From assembly GCA_024231215.1 (NCBI GenBank), contig JAAEQR010000195.1:14755-78754 (forward strand): a DNA stretch of 64,000 nucleotides, read 5' to 3'. This DNA is from PVC group bacterium. GTDB taxonomy: Bacteria; Omnitrophota; Gorgyraeia; B26-G9. The notes beneath the pieces were generated by a model that searched no databases, was not told where the DNA came from, and worked only from the letters and a program-made list of their open reading frames with translations. Both the position numbers and the translations under genes were made by a program. Below, in pieces: positions 18,212 through 27,245 of the stretch; position 1 is the first letter of the stretch; every line of letters begins with the position of its first letter.

Positions 18212-18631
18212 ATGAAAGTAATTACTAAACGCTTAAGACATAATACCACGGGCGCCGGAGACCTTTTAAATATTACAGAAGAAATCCGGGAAATGCTTGA
18301 TGATTGCGGATTAGAAGAGGGCACGGTTAATGTCTTTGTGGTGGGCTCTACAGCGGCAATAACGTCTTTTGAGTATGAAAGCGGTATGGTTGCTGATATG
18401 CGTGATCTATATGAACGCATTGCCTCGAGAGATAAACATTATTCACATGATGATACCTGGAACGATGCCAACGGATTCAGCCATGTGCGTGCGGCATTGC
18501 AGGGCCCATCCCTATTAATTCCGTTTCAGGACGCAAAGCTGCTCTTAGGTACATGGCAGCAGGTGGTATTGGCGGAGTTTGATAATCAGCCTCGGAAAAG
18601 AGAAGTGGTATTGACGTTTACGGGTGTTTGA
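18212..18631 (+). CDS. YjbQ/UPF0047 family protein (secondary thiamine-phosphate synthase-like)
   Basis: Family-typical C-terminal region ...HVRAALQGPSLLIPFQDAKLLLGTWQQVVLAEFDNQPRKREVV. ATG at 18212 is preferred over the upstream TTG at 18176. Confidence 0.7.
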   Translation: MKVITKRLRHNTTGAGDLLNITEEIREMLDDCGLEEGTVNVFVVGSTAAITSFEYESGMVADMRDLYERIASRDKHYSHDDTWNDANGFSHVRAALQGPSLLIPFQDAKLLLGTWQQVVLAEFDNQPRKREVVLTFTGV

Positions 18632-18928
18632 ATATACTATCTAGCGGGCTGGTTGGCGGATTATAAATATCACGGATTACATGCGTATAGATCATTTATC
18701 CATAAACCCCGACATTTGCTATTGAAATCTCCCAAAACAGGACTATCTAATTTAATGCTATTATATAGTCAACAAGACATTTTTCAAAACAATTTTATGC
18801 TTTGTTATATTTTTTTGACAGGATAATATATTTAGAGTTATAATAAATAGTAGTTTCAATAACAGAAAACAGGAGGGTCGTATATTAATTGTTAGATTAA
18901 AATTAAAATAAAGAAAGGAAATTGAAAA

Positions 18929-19324
18929 ATGAATAAAAAATTAATATTATTGATTGTTTGTTTTATTGTTACTTTTAGCTTTAATGCCCTCGCTCAAAAT
19001 ACTTCTTCACCTAGAGTTGTGAAGACATCCCCGGACACTGGTGATATGGCTGTTGATCCTTCAATCAAAGAAATTACAGTAACTTTTAGTGAAGATATGA
19101 TAACTGATAATATGTGGTCTTGGGTTATGGCCTCAAAAGAAACATTTCCTCAAATAAATGGACAAGTACATTATTTAGATGACAAAAGGACTTGCGTTGC
19201 TCCAGTGAAATTGGAATCTGGTAAAACTTATGTTATCTGGTTTAATTCTCAACAATATAATGCTTTTAGAGATGTGGATAATAATCCAGCAATCCCATAC
19301 TTGTTGGAATTTAAAACAAAATAA
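18929..19324 (+). CDS. Small secreted protein with an Ig-like (Big_5/SbsA-like) beta-sandwich domain
   Basis: Signal peptide MNKKLILLIVCFIVTFSFNALA; VVKTSPDTGDMAVDPSIKEITVTFSEDM resembles N-terminal Ig-like domains of secreted proteins. Confidence 0.5.
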   Translation: MNKKLILLIVCFIVTFSFNALAQNTSSPRVVKTSPDTGDMAVDPSIKEITVTFSEDMITDNMWSWVMASKETFPQINGQVHYLDDKRTCVAPVKLESGKTYVIWFNSQQYNAFRDVDNNPAIPYLLEFKTK

Positions 19325-19362
19325 ACATCTAACAAATCGCTGCAAGCAATCGCAACCCGCCG

Positions 19363-19400
19363 CCAACCCCGCCCAAGAACAGCGGGACAAGATGGCGTTG
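19363..19400 (+). repeat. GC-rich hairpin repeat, copy A (AACCCCGCC-CAAGAACAG-CGGG-GACAAG-ATGGCG)
   Basis: Stem CCCGC (19368-72) / GCGGG (19382-86) with loop CCAAGAACA. Shares about 24 of 33 positions with copy B2 and the hairpin plus loop with B1. The GC content contrasts with AT-rich flanks. Confidence 0.55.
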
Positions 19401-19441
19401 GTTGCTCTGCCTGAGCTCAAGCGTTAGACACGCGGAAGGAG

Positions 19442-20428
19442 ATGAATATGGAAAATAAAGAAAAAAACGATGAGAAGGTTAGAAATGAATCAGTGGACGA
19501 GAAGATGGAGAATGCACTATGGGAATCCGAACAAATATATAAGAGTGTTGTAGAGAATATCGGTATTGGAATATCAATTGTAAATAATAATATGGAAATA
19601 TTATCATTAAATGGAAAGATGAGAGAATTGTTTCCTAGTATTGATATCTCAAAAAAACCTATATGCTATAAAACGTTTAATACACCCCCTAGAGAAGATG
19701 TCTGCTCTTATTGTCCGACATATAAAACACTGCAGGATGGACAGGTGCACGAATCTATAACAGAAACACCTGCTGGTGACAAAATTATTAATTTTAGAAT
19801 AATCTCATCTCCTATTAAAAATAAAGATGGAAAAGTAATAGCTGCGATAGAGATGACTGAAGATATCACCGAGCGCAAGAAGGCAGTAGAAGAACAGGCT
19901 GAAAGCGAGGAAAAGTTCAGAAATATTTTTTACGAATCTCCTTTTGGAATAGAACTTTTGGACTCGGAAGGAAAAATCATATCTATGAACAGCGCAATTA
20001 AGGAGATCTTCGGCCTGGTCGATCCTTCGCAGCTTCTTGGCAAGTTTAGCCTTTTGGATGACCCAAATGTTCCTGATGAAGTCAAATCGAGTATGAGGCA
20101 GGGTAAAACTATCAGATACGAATCTGTTTTTAACTTCGATGATGTCAAAAAACATAATTATTACGAAACGACGAAATCGGGCACCGGTCATCTTGAATAT
20201 GCTATTTCGCCTTTATGTGGCGTATCAGACAAGGTTATGCGCAATTATATCGTTCAGATAATAGACATCACCGAGCGCAAGAAGGCTGAGGGAGAGTTAA
20301 AAAATAAATTGAAAGAGCTTGAGCAGTTTCATGAACTTGCATGTGGTAGAGAGATGAAGATTATAGAAATGAAGAAGCAGGTGAACGCGATGTCAAGAGA
20401 ATTGGGCAGGCTAGAGCCGTATGAATAA
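19442..20428 (+). CDS. Tandem PAS-domain sensor protein without an output domain (C-terminal coiled coil)
   Basis: Two PAS-like modules, each ending in the same linker DITERKKA. The first carries the cysteine cluster C-x11-C-x2-C (CYKTFNTPPREDVCSYCPTY). No kinase, GGDEF or HTH domain. Confidence 0.65.
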   Translation: MNMENKEKNDEKVRNESVDEKMENALWESEQIYKSVVENIGIGISIVNNNMEILSLNGKMRELFPSIDISKKPICYKTFNTPPREDVCSYCPTYKTLQDGQVHESITETPAGDKIINFRIISSPIKNKDGKVIAAIEMTEDITERKKAVEEQAESEEKFRNIFYESPFGIELLDSEGKIISMNSAIKEIFGLVDPSQLLGKFSLLDDPNVPDEVKSSMRQGKTIRYESVFNFDDVKKHNYYETTKSGTGHLEYAISPLCGVSDKVMRNYIVQIIDITERKKAEGELKNKLKELEQFHELACGREMKIIEMKKQVNAMSRELGRLEPYE

Positions 20429-20438
20429 TAATTTGTTT

Positions 20439-20455
20439 CCCTGCCAATAACAGGG
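20439..20455 (+). repeat. Hairpin repeat, copy B1 (CCCTG-CCAATAA-CAGGG), 11 nt after the PAS gene stop
   Basis: Same stem/loop architecture and loop sequence class (CCAAnAACAG) as copy A. There is no U-tract, so it is not a canonical terminator. Confidence 0.5.
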
Positions 20456-20504
20456 TCAGACCCGGAATACGGAAAACAATAAAACACATAACAACGCACT
20501 CCAC

Positions 20505-20545
20505 CTAACCCCGCCAAGAAGTGGCGTGACAGGCTGGTGGGAGCG
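20505..20545 (+). repeat. Hairpin repeat, copy B2 (AACCCCGCC-AAGAAG-TGGCG-TGACAGG-CTGGTG)
   Basis: Shares AACCCCGCC, AAGAA, GACARG and MTGGYG blocks with copy A, with a compensatory-looking stem (CGCCA/TGGCG). Lies about 50 nt upstream of the next gene. Confidence 0.55.
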
Positions 20546-20598
20546 CGTGAAATAGTTAATAAATATAAAAATATAAAGAATAGTGAAAGGAGTTGGTA

Positions 20599-20784
20599 AT
20601 GAAAAATTTGATAAATGCAATAATGATTTTGTTTAATTCTTTTTTGTCAGTTTCTTCTGCGTTTGCGCAATCCGGAGAGAATGCAGCTTCAGGAACACCG
20701 CTTAACGTGGTTATGTTTAAGTGGTTTGCAGGCGCAATAGTAGTAGTTGGTTTGATTAGAGTAATAAAGAGATCTATGGATTGA
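20599..20784 (+). CDS. Small secreted/membrane-anchored protein (61 aa: signal peptide plus C-terminal TM helix)
   Basis: MKNLINAIMILFNSFLSVSSAFA signal peptide, then FAGAIVVVGLIRVI hydrophobic anchor. RBS GGAG upstream. No family recognised. Confidence 0.4.
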   Translation: MKNLINAIMILFNSFLSVSSAFAQSGENAASGTPLNVVMFKWFAGAIVVVGLIRVIKRSMD

Positions 20785-20848
20785 AACAAAAAAATGCGTG
20801 AGAAACCGCAAAATAGAGAATAAAATTCAATAACATTGGAGTTGGAAT

Positions 20849-21220
20849 ATGACTTTTTGCACATCAATTCATTGTATGGATGGAAGAATCCAGGAACCGA
20901 TCATGAAATATTTAAAAGATAATTTTGATGTAGATTATGTCGATACAATAACAGAACCCGGGCCATGTAAAATACTGGCTGAAAAAGAAAATAAGGTATT
21001 GGTGAGTTCAATTGTAAAACGGGTTGAAATATCAGTAAATAAACATGGATCGAAACTCATCGCTATTTCTGGACATTATGATTGCGCGGGGAATCTAAGT
21101 GATGAATTAACCCAAAAAAAGCAAATAGAAGAGTCAACGGCATATCTTAGAAATAACTATCCTGAAATGAAAATAATTGGATTGTGGATTGATAGTGGAT
21201 GGAATGTAAATAATGTATAA
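20849..21220 (+). CDS. Miniature beta-carbonic-anhydrase-like protein (123 aa)
   Basis: Retains the two beta-CA zinc-ligand motifs at appropriate spacing: HCMDGR (Cys-x-Asp-x-Arg) and LIAISGHYDCAGN (His-x-x-Cys-x-Gly). About 60 aa shorter than canonical beta-CAs. Confidence 0.4.
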   Translation: MTFCTSIHCMDGRIQEPIMKYLKDNFDVDYVDTITEPGPCKILAEKENKVLVSSIVKRVEISVNKHGSKLIAISGHYDCAGNLSDELTQKKQIEESTAYLRNNYPEMKIIGLWIDSGWNVNNV

Positions 21221-22016
21221 ACAGTCAATACACAGGATTATTTTTTCATGTATACTAATTACACTTGTTTTGTTTAGCTCAATTTGCTTTGCTAAGACTA
21301 AAGGTGGATTTACAGCAAAATCAGCTTTAGTTATGGATGCGGATAAGGGGACTATTATTTATCAAAGAGATCCTTATGTGCGTTTAGCCGCAGCAAGCAC
21401 CGTTAAAGTTTTAACCGCAGTGCTGGCGATGGAGAACTTATCAGAAGATCAGTGGATCGTGATCAGTAAGCGTGCAGAAGGAATTACTCCGACAAAGCTA
21501 TATATGCAGCAAGGGGTTAAATATAAAGTTAGTGACATGCTTAAAAGTTTGTTGATGAATTCAGCTAATGATTCCGGAGTTGCTTTAGCTGAGGCAATAT
21601 CTGATACAGAAATACAGTTTTCTTTGTTGATGAATGAACGGGCCAGGGAGTTGGGAGCTAAAAACAGCCGGTTTTTTAATGCTACGGGATTGCCCGAAGG
21701 TAAGAAATGGCAGTATTCAACGGCATATGATTTATGTTTGTTTATGAAAGAGGCATTACGTTATTCAAAATTAAGTAAATATATGCAGATGCAAAATACT
21801 GTAATTAAAGGGACTGATGGCAAAGAAATACAGGTTCGTAATCACAATAAAATGCTCAAGCGTAAAGGGAATACTCTTATCGGAAAAACCGGATATACCC
21901 GTCGGGCCGGACATTGTTTTTTAGGCATGTTTACTAGGGGAAAGCGCAGATATCTTATTGCCATGCAGGGCAGTCGGAAATTATGGGATGACTTGGAATA
22001 TTTGATGCGGCAATAA
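21213..22016 (+). CDS. D-alanyl-D-alanine carboxypeptidase (peptidase S11, low-molecular-weight PBP)
   Basis: Signal peptide; SxxK motif AASTVK, SxN motif NSANDS, KTG motif KTGYT. 267 aa, so no C-terminal PBP5 domain. Confidence 0.8.
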   Translation: MYKQSIHRIIFSCILITLVLFSSICFAKTKGGFTAKSALVMDADKGTIIYQRDPYVRLAAASTVKVLTAVLAMENLSEDQWIVISKRAEGITPTKLYMQQGVKYKVSDMLKSLLMNSANDSGVALAEAISDTEIQFSLLMNERARELGAKNSRFFNATGLPEGKKWQYSTAYDLCLFMKEALRYSKLSKYMQMQNTVIKGTDGKEIQVRNHNKMLKRKGNTLIGKTGYTRRAGHCFLGMFTRGKRRYLIAMQGSRKLWDDLEYLMRQ

Positions 22017-22082
22017 AATATATAAGAAAAAAGCGATAGGCTGTATATATTAACCTATCGCTTTTAAAAGATTTTTTCCCAA

Positions 22083-22268
22083 TTACTCCATTACTATTGC
22101 TTCTACCGGACAGCTGGAAGTTGCTTCTTTTGCCGATTCTTCCATTTCATCCGGAATCGGATCGAGAATAACAATAGCTTTATCGTCTTCCATCTGAAAT
22201 ACTTCAGCACAGACATTAACACATAGTCCGCATCCTACACAACCATCCGCATTAACAATCGCTTTCAT
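22083..22268 (-). CDS. Small 2x[4Fe-4S]-type ferredoxin
   Basis: 61 aa with CVGCGLCVNVC and a C-terminal CP; typical bacterial ferredoxin. Confidence 0.75.
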   Translation of the reverse strand: MKAIVNADGCVGCGLCVNVCAEVFQMEDDKAIVILDPIPDEMEESAKEATSSCPVEAIVME

Positions 22269-22353
22269 AAATATCCTCCTTTGTGTTCAATTTGATATTA
22301 TTATAAATCGAAATAATGCTCTATGCAATGGTTTTTTAGAAATTTTTTGGTAA

Positions 22354-22707
22354 AATGTTGTTATCAATAAATATCACAGGAGGTTAGGTGTTAAGGTTAT
22401 TGCTTTATTAAAAAAAGAGTATCCGAATGCTAAGATAGCATTGAACTTCAGCAATCCCATGGAATTGCTTGTAGCTACAGTTTTGTCTGCGCAATGTACG
22501 GATAAGAGGGGGAATATTATAACTAGAGGTTTGTTTGAAAAATATAAAACAGTGAATGATTATGCGCAAGCTGAAAAAGATTGGGGGGCATTAAATTATT
22601 TACTTATCGAACATGGTCGAAACGTATGTATCGCCCGGAATCCGCAGTGTGGCAGATGTTTTTTATCTGAATATTGTGCTTATTTTAGTATAAATAAGCA
22701 GGGGTAG
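22354..22707 (+). pseudogene. nth: Internally deleted endonuclease III (nth) remnant. The N-terminal helix and the C-terminal [4Fe-4S] loop are joined and the HhH-GPD catalytic core is missing.
   Basis: Frame reads ...YPNAKIALNFSNPMELLVATVLSAQCTDKRGNIITRGLFEKYKTVNDYAQA then jumps directly to LLIEHGRNVCIARNPQCGRCFLSEYC, the Cys-x6-Cys-x2-Cys-x5-Cys FeS loop. About 120 aa of the middle are absent and there is no in-frame ATG or GTG start. Confidence 0.6.
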
Positions 22708-22934
22708 CAGCCGTTTTTCCTATCTTGCTGAGAATAAAGATGTTATGGAAAATGACATGATGATTGTTTGTTATGTTTAAAAGTCAGTATATATAGATAC
22801 TTATTAATATATGGAATTATATTGCAGAATACCTTGTGATTTGCTAGAATAACTATCTAGACTCGGGTATTTTTTGCCCGTAGTAGACTATACTATGAAA
22901 TATTCGGGTGAAAGCATTATTAAGGAGTTTTAAA

Positions 22935-23633
22935 TTGATACCGTTACGTGATAGTAATCCGTCAAGAAGTATGCCGGTTGTGACGGTATTGCTTATTATA
23001 ATAAATATCGCTATTTTTATGCGTGGGATCTTTTTAGGTCCTGAGTTTAAAAGTGTTTTTTATAGTTTTGCGGTTATCCCGAATAGTTATTTAGATATAC
23101 AATGGATGGAATTCAATAGTGTCTGGGAAAGTAATCGCAGGTTGATAAGTGCTTTGTTCTTGCACGGTGGTTGGCTGCATTTACTTGGCAATATGTGGTA
23201 TCTTTGGATATTTGGTGATAATGTCGAGGACAGGCTAGGTCCTGTACGCTTTTTGTTCTTTTATATATTATGCGGGGTTGCCGGAAATTTAGCTCATATT
23301 TTTATGAATACGCACTCTACCGTCCCCGCGGTAGGGGCAAGTGGTTGTATTGCCGGGGTTTTAGGGGCTTATTTTCTGATGTTTCCGGGAGCACGTATAG
23401 TTACGGTTCTGCCGATTTTCATTTTTTGGACAGTAGCAGAAGTGCGGGCGTTTTTCTTTTTGGGAATTTGGTTTGCAATTCAGTTTCTCAATGGGTTTTT
23501 TACGCTGCCAGGCGGTAAAAATATATCTGGGATAGCCTGGTGGGCGCATATCGGTGGTTTTATTGCCGGGATTATCCTCACATTTATTTTGGCTGGAAAA
23601 TCCAGGGGCAGGCGAAAAAAAGTAAGGTTTTAA
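22935..23633 (+). CDS. Rhomboid-family intramembrane serine protease
   Basis: GASGCIAGVLGAYF (GxSG catalytic Ser) and AHIGGFIAG (catalytic His) in TM helices. TTG start at 22935 is preferred (RBS AAGGAG 7 nt upstream); the upstream GTG at 22908 overlaps that RBS. Confidence 0.75.
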   Translation: MIPLRDSNPSRSMPVVTVLLIIINIAIFMRGIFLGPEFKSVFYSFAVIPNSYLDIQWMEFNSVWESNRRLISALFLHGGWLHLLGNMWYLWIFGDNVEDRLGPVRFLFFYILCGVAGNLAHIFMNTHSTVPAVGASGCIAGVLGAYFLMFPGARIVTVLPIFIFWTVAEVRAFFFLGIWFAIQFLNGFFTLPGGKNISGIAWWAHIGGFIAGIILTFILAGKSRGRRKKVRF

Positions 23634-23638
23634 AGATC

Positions 23639-24316
23639 ATGTTATGGGAAGTTTCACTGGATAATATTTCGATTATTACTTATGCGGCTGTTTTTGCAGC
23701 GGGATTTTTTATTTGTTTTACTCCTTGCGTATATCCGATTATGCCGGTAATTATCGGATATCTCGGGGGGACGGAAAGCCAAACGAAAAAAGAAATTTTT
23801 TTCAAAGCGTTAAATTATATATTAGGTTTGGCTTTTGTTTACTCTGCACTTGGCGCGGTAGCTGCATTTACCGGGGGGTTATTCGGCAGATTACAGAGTG
23901 GGTTTTGGATTAACTTTATTGTTGCGAATATATTTATAATTTTTGGGCTTTTTATGCTCGATGTTTTTCAAATGCCTAAGATCGCATTTTTTCAAAGGAT
24001 TGCGGGGCGTCCAAAAGCGGGGCTTGGAGGAGCGTTTCTAATGGGCGGTATTTCCGGATTGGTGGTAGGCCCTTGCACTACCCCGGTTTTGGGGGGTATC
24101 CTGGCTTATGTAGCGGCTAAGCAAAATCCGGTTTTAGGGGTAACGCTTTTGTTTACTTATGCGATCGGGATGGGGGTTCCGCTACTGATTATCGGAACTT
24201 TTGTTGGTATATTGAAGAAGTTACCTAAATCCGGCGCATGGATGTTAAAAGTAAAAAAAGTTTTTGGAATTTTATTAATTGCAGTGGGTGAGTATCTTTT
24301 AATTTATATAAAATAA
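23639..24316 (+). CDS. ccdA: Cytochrome c-type biogenesis thiol-disulfide transporter CcdA (DsbD core)
   Basis: FTPCVYPIMPVIIGYL (first conserved Cys) and VGPCTTPVLGGIL (second Cys); 6 TM helices. ATG at 23639 is preferred over the ORF-track start inside the rhomboid gene. Confidence 0.8.
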   Translation: MLWEVSLDNISIITYAAVFAAGFFICFTPCVYPIMPVIIGYLGGTESQTKKEIFFKALNYILGLAFVYSALGAVAAFTGGLFGRLQSGFWINFIVANIFIIFGLFMLDVFQMPKIAFFQRIAGRPKAGLGGAFLMGGISGLVVGPCTTPVLGGILAYVAAKQNPVLGVTLLFTYAIGMGVPLLIIGTFVGILKKLPKSGAWMLKVKKVFGILLIAVGEYLLIYIK

Positions 24317-24328
24317 AGGAATTGGTTT

Positions 24329-24925
24329 ATGGAGTGGTTGGAAAAATTTGATGAAATGCAAAGTTCTGCATTAAAAGAACTTGCTAATATAGGCATAAGT
24401 CATGCGGCGACGGCGATTGGCGAAATTGCTAAAGAAGAAATTGATGTTTCTTTACCGGAGCTAAAAGTTTTTTCTAAACAGGAGATTGTTGACTTAAACT
24501 CTGAGGGCAGATTAACCGGTGCCTATATGAAAGTTAGCGGGATTGCTGAGATTACCGAAACACTTATTATTGCCTCAGAAGATAGTGCCAGGGAATTGAT
24601 GAACAGATTTATCAACGGCTATACTGAAAATTTGACGTTGGATGAACAGAAAAGTATTTTTAAAGAGATTGCTACGATCATTTCAGCCACGTATTTTTCA
24701 GCTATTGGAGGACTGTTTAATATACAGATCCATCCCGGAATTCCTCAGGTGAGTTTTCAAAATGGAGGGATGATTGATCTTATGAATAGAAAAATGCTGC
24801 AAAATGAAGGCATTAGCATTAAGGCTTCACTTATGGGTAAAGAGTCTCGATTGCAGGTGCTATTTTTCTTAATTCCCGATCCGCAGACCTTAGACGGTTT
24901 TTTTAAAGGCATCGGGCTTATGTGA
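24329..24925 (+). CDS. CheC-like protein (CheC/CheX/FliY phosphatase family)
   Basis: [20 protein letters not shown] resembles the CheC N-terminal repeat (EIGNIxxGHAATALS). About 200 aa, typical for CheC. Confidence 0.55.
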   Translation: MEWLEKFDEMQSSALKELANIGISHAATAIGEIAKEEIDVSLPELKVFSKQEIVDLNSEGRLTGAYMKVSGIAEITETLIIASEDSARELMNRFINGYTENLTLDEQKSIFKEIATIISATYFSAIGGLFNIQIHPGIPQVSFQNGGMIDLMNRKMLQNEGISIKASLMGKESRLQVLFFLIPDPQTLDGFFKGIGLM

Positions 24926-24938
24926 CAGATGTAATACT

Positions 24939-25355
24939 ATGCGAGAAGTGAAAAATCCAGTTCCTACCGTAGATATTATTATTGAATATGATGATGGCAT
25001 TGTGTTGATCGAACGAAAGAATCCACCATATGGCTGGGCTATCCCCGGCGGATTTGTCGACTATAACGAAAGCTTAGAAGAAGCAGCGGCTAGAGAAGCT
25101 AAAGAAGAAACGGGACTAGTAGTTTCTGGGCTTAGGCAGCTTCATACATATTCTAATCCGGAGCGGGATTCCAGACAGCATACTATTTCCACGGTTTTTA
25201 CAGCGAAGGGTAATGGAACATTGTGTGCGGATACAGATGCTAGTAATGCCGGAGTTTTTAGCGAAAACAAATTGCCTGAATGTTTTGCTTTTGATCATAA
25301 AAAAATTGTTGCAGATTATTTTGCCCGGAAAAGAGGAGAGGAGCCTGAATGGTAG
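24939..25355 (+). CDS. NUDIX hydrolase
   Basis: Nudix box [24 protein letters not shown]. Confidence 0.8.
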   Translation: MREVKNPVPTVDIIIEYDDGIVLIERKNPPYGWAIPGGFVDYNESLEEAAAREAKEETGLVVSGLRQLHTYSNPERDSRQHTISTVFTAKGNGTLCADTDASNAGVFSENKLPECFAFDHKKIVADYFARKRGEEPEW

Positions 25356-25753
25356 AAGTAGCTTTGTTCAAGATTATTATGCATGAAAATAAGCATGATC
25401 AGGTTATTATATTGAAAGAAAAAGACGGCGATAAGCAGTTACCAATAATAATCGGAGTAGCTGAAGCTGCGGCTATAAAAATGAAGGTGAGTAATCTGCC
25501 GTCACCACGGCCGCTAACTCATGATTTGTTGAATAATATAATATTGGCAATTGGAGCATGTTTGGAGAAAGTAGTTATTACCAGGCTTGAGCACAATACT
25601 TTCTATGCGCGTTTGATTATAAGGCAGGATGAGACTAATTGTATAGATATTGATGCTCGACCTAGCGATAGTATTGCTTTGGCATTACGTGCGAATGCTC
25701 CGATTTTTGTAGAAGAAGAGGTTTTTTCTAAACTGCATTTTTTCAATGAGTAA
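25349..25753 (+). CDS. Bifunctional nuclease family protein (DUF151/BFN domain)
   Basis: ...[19 protein letters not shown]... motif characteristic of the BFN domain; 134 aa. Confidence 0.7.
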   Translation: MVEVALFKIIMHENKHDQVIILKEKDGDKQLPIIIGVAEAAAIKMKVSNLPSPRPLTHDLLNNIILAIGACLEKVVITRLEHNTFYARLIIRQDETNCIDIDARPSDSIALALRANAPIFVEEEVFSKLHFFNE

Positions 25754-27245
25754 TACAGTGAAAATTACCGCAACGGTAGTAAAAGAATTCAAGGATGATT
25801 TTGTATTCAAAAAGATAGGCAAGATTTCCCGACTGCTTAACAAGGAAGTATATCTGGTTGGTGGAGCAGTTCGGGATTTGTTCATTAAAAAAAATGTAAA
25901 AGGGCAAATTGATTGGGATTTTGCAATTAATAAAGGAGCCTTGGACTTTGCTGATAAATTGGCTCGGGAGCTTGGAGCATCGTTTATTGTTTTAGATAAG
26001 GTTAATAAAATTGCCCGGATTGTTTACAAAAAAAAATCGTGTAGTTATGAATTAGACTTTGCTGATTTCAGGGCGCTAAATTTAAAAGAAGATTTAAAAC
26101 GCCGCGATTTTACAATAAATACACTTTGTGTAAATACACGCGATATTTTAGAAAGCAGTCAAAAAAGTATCCAGTGTATTGATTATTTTAATGCATCCGA
26201 AGATATTCGTAAAAGATATATAAGAATAACGCGCAGGCAGAATTTTAAGGATGATCCTTTGCGTGTTTTACGCGGGGTTGCGTTTTCTGCGCAGTTAGGA
26301 TTTGTGATAGTTCCGGAGACTATGGCTTTGATCAAACGGCATGCTCGGGATTTGAAATATGTTGCTGCAGAACGGATCAGTGAAGAGTTGGTCAAGGTGT
26401 TTACAGTACCATATTGCAGTAAATATGTTGTGTATATGGATCAGCTTAAGATCATTGAAAATATTTTTCCGGAGATTTGTGCTTTGCGCGGCGTGGATCA
26501 GGGAGGGTATCATCATTTGGATGTCTGGGATCATTCATTGGAAGCCCTGGTTCAATTAGAAAAGCTTATAGGACAGATAGAAAAGAAAATACCTCGTAAA
26601 TATGTGAGCAATATACAGAATTATTTGAACGAGGAAGTTGTTTATGGCCGGCCGCGAATCTGGCTATTGAAATTATCAGCTCTTTTACACGATATTGCTA
26701 AGCCGAGCACAAAAATTGTGGGTGAAGACGGTTTTATGCATTTTTATACGCATGAGCGCGTTGGGGCGGAAATAACTGAAGATATCGGTTTGAGGTTGAA
26801 GTTATCGCTTAAAGAGATTGCGGTATTAAAAAATCTTGTACGTTTTCATTTGCGCCCGGGACAGATTGTTAATCGAATTCCGAGCAAAAGGGCAAAATTT
26901 AGATTTTTTCGGGATGCAAAAGAAAATGCTGTTTTGATTATTTTGTTAACGATTGCGGATCGTTGGGCAATGAGAGGTGTTTTAAGCCGCAAAAAAAGTT
27001 TTGTTTTTTTAGAAGATGAACTTTTCAAGATGATTGTTGAGTTTTTTTACAAAAAAACAAAAAAAGGCAGCCCGATTCGTTTGTTAGACGGGAATGGAAT
27101 TATGGAGACCTTAGGTATTTCCCCGGGACCGTTGGTTGGAGATATTCTAGCGCAGCTTGAAGAGGCTCAGGCTGTTGGTAATGTGAAAAACAAAAAAGAA
27201 GCAAAGAAGTTTGTGCGGCAAATATACGGAAAAGAAACTGAATGA
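25746..27245 (+). CDS. cca: CCA-adding tRNA nucleotidyltransferase with an HD domain
   Basis: Head domain motif YLVGGAVRDLF; downstream HD-domain histidines (LHDIAKP). 499 aa. Confidence 0.8.
   Translation: MSNTVKITATVVKEFKDDFVFKKIGKISRLLNKEVYLVGGAVRDLFIKKNVKGQIDWDFAINKGALDFADKLARELGASFIVLDKVNKIARIVYKKKSCSYELDFADFRALNLKEDLKRRDFTINTLCVNTRDILESSQKSIQCIDYFNASEDIRKRYIRITRRQNFKDDPLRVLRGVAFSAQLGFVIVPETMALIKRHARDLKYVAAERISEELVKVFTVPYCSKYVVYMDQLKIIENIFPEICALRGVDQGGYHHLDVWDHSLEALVQLEKLIGQIEKKIPRKYVSNIQNYLNEEVVYGRPRIWLLKLSALLHDIAKPSTKIVGEDGFMHFYTHERVGAEITEDIGLRLKLSLKEIAVLKNLVRFHLRPGQIVNRIPSKRAKFRFFRDAKENAVLIILLTIADRWAMRGVLSRKKSFVFLEDELFKMIVEFFYKKTKKGSPIRLLDGNGIMETLGISPGPLVGDILAQLEEAQAVGNVKNKKEAKKFVRQIYGKETE

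Noticed and set aside
18632-18928. 300-bp AT-rich intergenic region checked for ncRNA signatures (RNase P, SRP, 6S, tmRNA)
   Set aside because: None of the conserved cores I know (e.g. the SRP AGGTCAGG region, the RNase P GGAAAGTCCGG) are present. It looks like a plain promoter region.
23540-23638. Upstream extension of ccdA overlapping the rhomboid gene
   Set aside because: Same reasoning. The conserved CcdA N-terminus begins at the ATG at 23639, and the extension overlaps the rhomboid C-terminus.
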